A stretch of DNA of 40,361 bases. It comes from Candidatus Anderseniibacteriota bacterium (GTDB taxonomy: Bacteria; Patescibacteriota; Andersenbacteria; UBA10190). The stretch covers positions 1 through 40,361 of the forward strand of contig JBBEDC010000012.1 of NCBI GenBank assembly GCA_040881505.1, read 5' to 3'. Positions 34,990-40,361 of this stretch are shown here, in pieces. The translations under genes and the position numbers were made by a program. Under the pieces are notes generated by a model, which was given only the letters and a program-made list of their open reading frames with translations, searched no databases and was not told the DNA's origin. Position 1 is the first letter of the stretch; the number at the start of each line of letters is the position of its first letter.

Positions 34990-35155
34990 TAGTTCACCTC
35001 CTACCTGTTTGAGTGTACACACTGCTAAATAGCTCGCTTGTCTGAGCAGTGGAATCAGACACCATATTAAAGCACAATATCAATGAATAAGCAAGATTGC
35101 TTGCGCAACACTCTTCATTGTGTAAGGCTCCCCCTATTAGGTAACATACAAAGAC

Positions 35156-36505
35156 ATGAATCGTCTTACCCGCCGCATACTTCTCATAGTCTCCGTATTG
35201 GTGTTTCTCGCCATAGCTCCGGCTGTGGTGCTCTACGCTATCGGATATCGTCCGCCAACATCAGGACGGATTGTACCGGATCCCGTTGGTGTTTTGCTGG
35301 TGGATGCGATTCCTGCAAGAGCAGAGGTAGTAGTAGATGGCAAACAGGTTGGTCGTCTTCCCCGCTCAGTGTCGAACCTTGTTCCTGGAGAGGTTCTCGT
35401 AGAAATCACAAAACAGGGATACCAGCCATGGAACAAGCGGCTAGCGATTGAACCAGCTCGTGCTACTGAAGTGCGGGACGTGAGGCTTTTTCCTGAATCA
35501 CCTGCCGTAGAACAACTATTGCGGGATGTAGAAGATTTTAGCCTAGCACCGAATCGATCTCTGCTTGCCGCCGTTTCATCTGATCGGACCTTGCGCGTTA
35601 TCAGCCAGGCAGGAGAAACTCTCATTTCTCCAGTCGCCCTAGCTGGCACACCAACTGAAATTCTCTGGTCCCCCGACAGCACGTTGATCCTCATTCGTTA
35701 TGCAAATGGCGCCCACACCCTTGTTGACGTCACGAAAAAGGAAAGCATTGAAACCGTGCTTCCTCAACTAGCGTCAGCTACGCAGACTCAATGGGATCCG
35801 CGCGTACCTGGCCGCGTATTCTACGTCACTCCCGGACTCGCGCTATCTTCTACGAGTGTCCTATCAGGCACTACAACCACGCTTGTACCACGAGTAGCCT
35901 CATTCGGCGTCAGTTCCCGCCATCTGTATGTCATTAATCAGGCAGGAGAGTTTACTCGACATACGCTTCAAGGCCAGCTCGCGCATTCATTTGATCCGCT
36001 AACAGATCCAGTTCAGGGAATCGCAGTAACGCCCGCGGGAGCGGTGAGCGTGCATTTTGCGGATGGACGAGTTGGAATTTTAAATGACGACGATGAGTTA
36101 GTTGATATTGCACCGCATGCCGAGCGGGTAAGCTGGTCACCGGATGGGCGAATGCTAATGCTGCAGACGGCAGTCAGTGAGTTGCAGATGTATAACGTGG
36201 GGAATGAGAGGCGTTTTGATATTCCAATCAATCAGCTCCGTTTAGTGGTACGGCTGTCGCGCCCGATCAGTCATCCGCAATGGTTTGCCGGCGGCAACCA
36301 TCTAATCTATCAAGTGGAAGACGAAATTGTTATTACCGAAATCGATACCCGCGACTACCCTGCTACATATACACTTGATTCAACAAACACCGGAGAAGCT
36401 CATGTGTCGGTTGGTGAAGAAGGAGAAACAGTATTCTATGTTAAGCGAAACGGGGACTCGCAGAATCTTGTATTCGCGCATTTGCTAACGGCTGAAGATA
36501 GGTAA
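35156..36505 (+). CDS. PEGA-domain protein with TolB-like (PD40) beta-propeller repeats, N-terminal TM anchor
   Basis: 449 aa. TM helix ILLIVSVLVFLAIAPAVVLYAIGY. PEGA segment VDAIPARAEVVVDGKQVGRLP...GEVLVEITKQGYQPW. WSPD motifs (ILWSPDSTL, VSWSPDGRM). Confidence 0.7.
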   Translation: MNRLTRRILLIVSVLVFLAIAPAVVLYAIGYRPPTSGRIVPDPVGVLLVDAIPARAEVVVDGKQVGRLPRSVSNLVPGEVLVEITKQGYQPWNKRLAIEPARATEVRDVRLFPESPAVEQLLRDVEDFSLAPNRSLLAAVSSDRTLRVISQAGETLISPVALAGTPTEILWSPDSTLILIRYANGAHTLVDVTKKESIETVLPQLASATQTQWDPRVPGRVFYVTPGLALSSTSVLSGTTTTLVPRVASFGVSSRHLYVINQAGEFTRHTLQGQLAHSFDPLTDPVQGIAVTPAGAVSVHFADGRVGILNDDDELVDIAPHAERVSWSPDGRMLMLQTAVSELQMYNVGNERRFDIPINQLRLVVRLSRPISHPQWFAGGNHLIYQVEDEIVITEIDTRDYPATYTLDSTNTGEAHVSVGEEGETVFYVKRNGDSQNLVFAHLLTAEDR

Positions 36506-36520
36506 CGCGAAGATAAGGCT

Positions 36521-36550
36521 AAAAAAATACCGCAGGCGAGGTGCCGGCGG
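36521..36550 (-). terminator. rho-independent terminator of csrA
   Basis: Minus strand: CCGCCGGC-ACCTC-GCCTGCGG (one mismatch) followed by TATTTTTTT, 28 nt after the csrA stop. Confidence 0.6.
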
Positions 36551-36577
36551 TGTGAGCGAAAAGGGGGCGGGCGAATG

Positions 36578-36805
36578 CTAGGCGCTCTTCTCGAGCGCGT
36601 CTTCGACTGCTTCGTCGGGCGAGGTGTGAGCATTGGCCGAGCGATCCCTTTGAATTGCGAGGTAGACTTCCTCGCGGTGGACGGAGACCTCCTTGGGAGC
36701 TTCGATGCCGAGGCGGACCTTGTCGCCGCGGATTTCGATCACCATCAGGGTGATGGAGTCCCCAATGATGATCTTCTCATCCTTCTTTCGGCTGAGAACC
36801 AGCAT
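36578..36805 (-). CDS. csrA: carbon storage regulator / translational repressor CsrA
   Basis: 75 aa from ATG 36805. MLVLSRKKDEKIIIGDSITLMVIEIRGDKVRLGIEAPKEVSVHREEVY is a canonical CsrA sequence. AAGGAAGG lies 7 nt upstream. By hand count, 58 of 75 codons end in G/C. The track ORF is over-extended to 36901. Confidence 0.9.
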   Translation of the reverse strand: MLVLSRKKDEKIIIGDSITLMVIEIRGDKVRLGIEAPKEVSVHREEVYLAIQRDRSANAHTSPDEAVEDALEKSA

Positions 36806-36808
36806 GGT

Positions 36809-36828
36809 GTCACCTTCCTTTATGTGAC
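36809..36828 (-). promoter_or_regulatory. SD-sequestering hairpin presenting GGA in its loop (candidate CsrA autoregulatory site)
   Basis: Minus strand: GTCAC-ATAAAGGAAG-GTGAC, ending 3 nt before the csrA ATG. The loop contains the SD and an A(N)GGA-type motif. Confidence 0.35.
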
Positions 36829-36901
36829 AATGGGGCGGGGCGTGTGGCACGACCATCGTGCCGGTGGGAATGTGCAAGCGCTCAGTATACCCAGTATACA
36901 C

Positions 36902-36927
36902 AAAAATACAACCCCGTGCGGGGTTGT
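36902..36927 (-). terminator. rho-independent terminator after rpsI
   Basis: Minus strand: ACAACCCC-GCAC-GGGGTTGT (perfect 8 bp) followed by ATTTTTG, starting 5 nt after the rpsI stop. Confidence 0.75.
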
Positions 36928-36931
36928 ATCG

Positions 36932-37336
36932 TTATCGCTTGCTGAACTGAGGCGCTCTGCGGGCTCCTCGAAGCCCTGGTTTCTTACGCTCCTTCGCACG
37001 CGGGTCGCGGGTTAGCAGGCCTGCTTTTCGCAGCTGCTTCTTGTATCCCTCATCGACTCCAATGAGGGCGCGGGCCATAGCCAGGCTGGCTGCCTGAGCC
37101 TGGGCCAGTTTGCCCCCACCCTGAACCTTTAACCGAAATCCATACACATCATCCTGAGATGAAGTTGTGAGGGTGCGCAGGGCAATAGATCGCATGATCG
37201 CAGTTGTAAAATATTCTTCAAACGGCTTCTCGTTTACAGTGCGCGCCTTGTCTTCTGTAGTTAACAGCACTTGTGCAATCGCTGTTTTGCGGCGACCGAG
37301 TCCGTGAATTCCTTTTGTAGTAGTTGTATCGCTCAT
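36932..37336 (-). CDS. rpsI: 30S ribosomal protein S9
   Basis: 134 aa. GRRKTAIA, GGG..AQA.A...A.ARAL, C-terminal KPG.RGARR..QFSKR. Confidence 0.97.
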   Translation of the reverse strand: MSDTTTTKGIHGLGRRKTAIAQVLLTTEDKARTVNEKPFEEYFTTAIMRSIALRTLTTSSQDDVYGFRLKVQGGGKLAQAQAASLAMARALIGVDEGYKKQLRKAGLLTRDPRAKERKKPGLRGARRAPQFSKR

Positions 37337-37352
37337 ATGGTAGTTGGAAGCC

Positions 37353-37787
37353 TTAGGAAGTTATCTGCGCTTCGTGCGGATGCTCTTGAGTTGGGTACAC
37401 CAGCAGATTTTTCATCCGATGTGCTCGTAAACTATTCTTCGGCAGCATGCCAAAAACAGCCATCTGGAAAATTACGCGGGAGTCCCGCCCCATTTGATCA
37501 GCCATGTTTCGCTCTCGCAGTCCACCTGGGTACCCCGTGTATCGACGGTACATCTTTTGATCGTACTTTTTACCAGTTACCTTTACCTTGTCGGTATTTA
37601 GAACAACCACGCGAACAGGGGCTATCTGATGAGCGGCATAGTCAGTGCGGTGTTTACCGAGCAACAATTCAGCAGCATGGGTTGCGGTACGCCCGAGCGG
37701 ATCAACGCTGGCGTCAATCAGGTGCCACTCAACTTTCTTCGGAGCGGATACCGGTTTCTTCTTTGTTTTAGTAGTCGATTTTGCCAT
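37353..37787 (-). CDS. rplM: 50S ribosomal protein L13
   Basis: 144 aa. WHLIDA...LGR.A...A..L.GKH, Y.R.TGYPGG, MLPKN. Confidence 0.97.
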   Translation of the reverse strand: MAKSTTKTKKKPVSAPKKVEWHLIDASVDPLGRTATHAAELLLGKHRTDYAAHQIAPVRVVVLNTDKVKVTGKKYDQKMYRRYTGYPGGLRERNMADQMGRDSRVIFQMAVFGMLPKNSLRAHRMKNLLVYPTQEHPHEAQITS

Positions 37788-37789
37788 AG

Positions 37790-38149
37790 CTAGTTCTTGT
37801 CTATAAGTTCAACGCGCATTTGTGGAGCACTGTCAGCTCGCGTAACAGGCAGGTGCGTCAGACGCAGGTATCCGCCAGCCCGCTTGCTGTTTGCCTTCGC
37901 AATTTCCGCCAATGTATCCAAATCTTCTTTATGTAGCAATCGAGAAGTAAGCAAACGGCGGTTAGCCAGCGTCATTTCCAGCTTTGCTCGCGTAATCAGC
38001 GGCTCCACATGCTTGCGCAGCTCTTTGGCCTTTGCCTCAGTCGTAACAATTGCCCCATGGCGCAGCAGCGAGCTAGTCAAGTTCTGCATGAGCTGCTTGC
38101 GGTTGTGGCTATTACGCCCAAGTATTCGATTACTGTGCTTATGTCGCAT
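37790..38149 (-). CDS. rplQ: 50S ribosomal protein L17
   Basis: 119 aa. MRHKHSNRILGRNSHNRKQLMQNL...I.TT..KAKELR..VE.LIT.AK. Confidence 0.95.
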   Translation of the reverse strand: MRHKHSNRILGRNSHNRKQLMQNLTSSLLRHGAIVTTEAKAKELRKHVEPLITRAKLEMTLANRRLLTSRLLHKEDLDTLAEIAKANSKRAGGYLRLTHLPVTRADSAPQMRVELIDKN

Positions 38150-38166
38150 GATAGTTCAAGAGATAA

Positions 38167-39129
38167 TTAGGCATTATCCGTTCCCTGTGTTCGGGTGCGG
38201 TAGTCTTCGCGAGACTTCTTCACATCTTCAATCGCCTTAGCTCCTAGACCAGGAATGTCTTGGATCTGCTCGTCCGTTAAGTCTATTACCTGTTCAACGG
38301 TTGTAATACCAATCCGCTCTAATGCGTTATGTACGCGGGATGGAAGTTGTAGAAGATTTAATGTGTTTTCCGGCATTTCAGGTTCTGGTTCCTCTGATGC
38401 CTCTTCAACCATCTGAGGACGCTGGGCAGTTAGCCGAGCTTCCAGGTCTCCTGACAGCTCTTCAAAGTGATCCTTGAGAATAGAGGCAGCCTGACTGAGT
38501 GCATTCTGAGGTGATATGGTTCCGTCAGTTGTAATAGTGAGCTTCAGTGCGTGATAGTCAGTGGCTTGTCCGACACGAACATTTTCAACTGTGAAACTAA
38601 CTCGCTCTACTGGAGTGAATACTGCGTCCAGTGCCACGGTTCCGATTGAACGCTCTCGTGCGTTTTGAGTTTCAGATGGGACGTATCCACGACCCTGTTC
38701 AACAGTACAGATAAGTTCAAGCTTAGCGTCAGCGGCAGTGAGGGTTGCGATATGGTGATCAGGATTGCCGACAGTAACCTCGGGTGGAGTTTTAAAATCA
38801 GCAGCAGTCACAGTCTTCTTGCCGGTTACATTGAGTCGGATCTCAATTGGCTCCTCGCTTTGAGAGCCAAGCTTTACTCCTTTTAGGTTCATCATGATGG
38901 ACACCAGATCCTCTTTAACACCAGGAACTGTTGAGAACTCGTGATCGGCGCCTTCTACCTTCATCTGCGTAATTGCAGCACCAGGAAGAGACGACAGCAG
39001 GACGCGTCGTAGCGCGTTTCCTACAGTAGGACCATACCCTGGGTGGTAGGGCTGAATAGTAAAGGTGGCTGTGTTAGCCTCTGTCTCCTCTGCGGAGATA
39101 TTCTCTGGGAGATAAATTGGTTGTAGCAT
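38167..39129 (-). CDS. rpoA: DNA-directed RNA polymerase subunit alpha
   Basis: 320 aa. GYG.T.GNALRRVLLSS.PGAA N-terminal domain and a C-terminal domain with L.L..R..N.L....I.T..... In the conserved S13-S11-S4-RpoA-L17 order. Confidence 0.97.
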   Translation of the reverse strand: MLQPIYLPENISAEETEANTATFTIQPYHPGYGPTVGNALRRVLLSSLPGAAITQMKVEGADHEFSTVPGVKEDLVSIMMNLKGVKLGSQSEEPIEIRLNVTGKKTVTAADFKTPPEVTVGNPDHHIATLTAADAKLELICTVEQGRGYVPSETQNARERSIGTVALDAVFTPVERVSFTVENVRVGQATDYHALKLTITTDGTISPQNALSQAASILKDHFEELSGDLEARLTAQRPQMVEEASEEPEPEMPENTLNLLQLPSRVHNALERIGITTVEQVIDLTDEQIQDIPGLGAKAIEDVKKSREDYRTRTQGTDNA

Positions 39130-39163
39130 AGGTCGTGAATTACCAATGAATAATTAATTATTA

Positions 39164-39766
39164 TTATCGCGCGAAAAGCTCAACGATTGCCCGGATATCA
39201 ACACCAAGGGCTGCTTCTTCGGCAGTGGGCAAGTTCGTTACTTTAAAACTAAATGCCTTTGGTGTCAACTCGATCCACGAAGGAACACGGGCATTCTGAA
39301 CTCGCTTCTCGAAGTTCGTGAAATATGCTGAAGATTGCTTGCTCTGGCGGACTGCTATCTCGTCTCCGGGGCGCAGGAGGTAAGATGGAATATCAACCGA
39401 ACGACCGTTTACCTGGAAAAACCGGTGAGTGGTCATCTGGCGGGCCTGCTTGCGGGTCTGAGCAAAACCAGATCGGAAGATAGCGTTATCGAGGCGGCGT
39501 TCTAGTAGCACAACCAAGTTATCACCTGTTTGTCCGCCAGCACGCTTGGCTTCACGATAGTACTTGCGAAGCTGTTCTTCTCGGATGCCGAACGTTCCTT
39601 TGAGGTCCTGCTTTTCTTGAAGCTGGGTACCATACTGGCTCTTGCGTCGAGGACGTTTGCCTCGGAGTTGCTGCTGAGATCGTCCAGCGCCACCTCCAGG
39701 GGTGTTCTGTGTTGGAGCTGCGGCCGCCTTCTCTGCTGGTGCTTTCGTTGTAGTTTCTTCGTTCAT
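39164..39766 (-). CDS. rpsD: 30S ribosomal protein S4
   Basis: 200 aa. YG.QL.EKQ, LE.RLDN..FR.GFA.TR.QARQ...H, and the S4 RNA-binding domain. Confidence 0.97.
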   Translation of the reverse strand: MNEETTTKAPAEKAAAAPTQNTPGGGAGRSQQQLRGKRPRRKSQYGTQLQEKQDLKGTFGIREEQLRKYYREAKRAGGQTGDNLVVLLERRLDNAIFRSGFAQTRKQARQMTTHRFFQVNGRSVDIPSYLLRPGDEIAVRQSKQSSAYFTNFEKRVQNARVPSWIELTPKAFSFKVTNLPTAEEAALGVDIRAIVELFAR

Positions 39767-39784
39767 AAATACGTAGTGGTTATG

Positions 39785-40183
39785 TTATACGCGGCGGCGC
39801 TTAGGTGGTCGAACTCCGTTGTGTGGGATGGGGGTGATATCTCGAATGGAGGTGATCATCAAACCGCTCGAGCTAAACGCACGCACGGCTGATTCGCGAG
39901 CACTCCCGATACCGCGAACAACAATTTCCGCCTCTTCCATGCCAAACGGCTTTAGTCGCTCCATTACGTCCGCAACAGCCCGTCCGGCAGCGTATGGGGT
40001 TGCCTTACGAGCGCCGGAAAACCCTACCCGACCAGCGCTGCTGCTTGCCAGAACATTTCCGGCAGCGTCAGCAATAGTCACCAGGGTATTGTTGTAGGTG
40101 GACTGGATGGTGATAATCCCCTGCTTGACCTTGCGGCGGCCTTTTGATTTCTTCTTGGTAGTAGTTTTAGTTGCTTTTGCCAT
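39785..40183 (-). CDS. rpsK: 30S ribosomal protein S11
   Basis: 132 aa. I.IQST.NNT.VTI.D..GN, G..G.RKATP.AA, GPGR..A.R, I.D.TPIPHNG.RP.K.RR. Confidence 0.97.
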   Translation of the reverse strand: MAKATKTTTKKKSKGRRKVKQGIITIQSTYNNTLVTIADAAGNVLASSSAGRVGFSGARKATPYAAGRAVADVMERLKPFGMEEAEIVVRGIGSARESAVRAFSSSGLMITSIRDITPIPHNGVRPPKRRRV

Positions 40184-40201
40184 AGGTAAATAAGTGCAGG
40201 A

Positions 40202-40361
40202 TTAGGTCTTTTCAGCTGCTGATTTCTTTCCGCTTCCAGCTGTTCTACGAACGTTGCCGCGCACTGTGCGGTTATTTGTCTTGGTGCGCTGACCGCGCAC
40301 GGGCAGCCCCTTTGCATGCCGGCTGCCGCGGTAGCTGTTAATGTCCTTGAATCGCTTAATA
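40202..40361 (-). CDS. rpsM: 30S ribosomal protein S13 (3-prime part, truncated by window edge)
   Basis: Hand translation of the minus strand gives [52 protein letters not shown], with TAA at 40204-40202. This matches the S13 C-terminus. Confidence 0.9.
   Translation of the reverse strand, partial: IKRFKDINSYRGSRHAKGLPVRGQRTKTNNRTVRGNVRRTAGSGKKSAAEKT

Noticed and set aside
36575-37015. 146-aa plus-strand ORF
   Set aside because: It is antisense to csrA and the rpsI 3-prime end and crosses the rpsI terminator hairpin. The csrA and rpsI calls are unambiguous.
1-40361. CRISPR arrays, IS elements, integrases, and att-type direct repeats of the tRNA-Gln 3-prime end
   Set aside because: I scanned by eye and saw no regularly spaced repeats, no transposase or integrase-like ORFs, and no second copy of the tRNA 3-prime segment (GGATTCGAACC...) elsewhere in the window.

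Overview
This window is mostly a dense, minus-strand run of bacterial housekeeping genes. In map order they are dnaX, ftsQ-serS-lysS-greA, pbp2-mreD-mreC-mreB, proS, rseP, frr, holB-secF-secD, secA, hpf, a GT4 glycosyltransferase, a second mreB paralog, murA, and rpsI-rplM-rplQ-rpoA-rpsD-rpsK-rpsM(partial). There is one tRNA-Gln(UUG). I saw no rRNA, CRISPR array, transposase or integrase. Several housekeeping proteins are short (ProRS 410 aa, delta-prime 225 aa) and most core genes have no visible Shine-Dalgarno (SD) sequence. This suggests a reduced-genome lineage, possibly CPR/Patescibacteria-like, but that is inference only. Points worth a second look: (1) an orphan tRNA-dependent cyclodipeptide synthase lies 70 nt downstream of, and co-oriented with, tRNA-Gln, inside an AT-rich islet that also carries an HTH/LAGLIDADG-like gene. 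(2) About eight single-gene, GC-richer cassettes each have a strong SD, and most have their own intrinsic terminator. They sit between housekeeping operons whose genes lack an SD. They include csrA, a NYN-domain gene, a SAM methyltransferase and several orphans. (3) The NYN gene keeps one reading frame but has two in-frame stops (TAA, TGA). (4) dnaX has an in-frame A7 run with a -1-frame AAG-TAA right after it and a hairpin 6 nt downstream, resembling the E. coli gamma/tau frameshift site. (5) The csrA SD sits in a GGA-loop hairpin. (6) A terminator-bounded 250-nt element between mreB2 and the glycosyltransferase carries a 55-codon Cys-rich ORF. (7) MurA has Asp at the fosfomycin-target Cys position. 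All family assignments come from motif recognition by eye. No searches were run.
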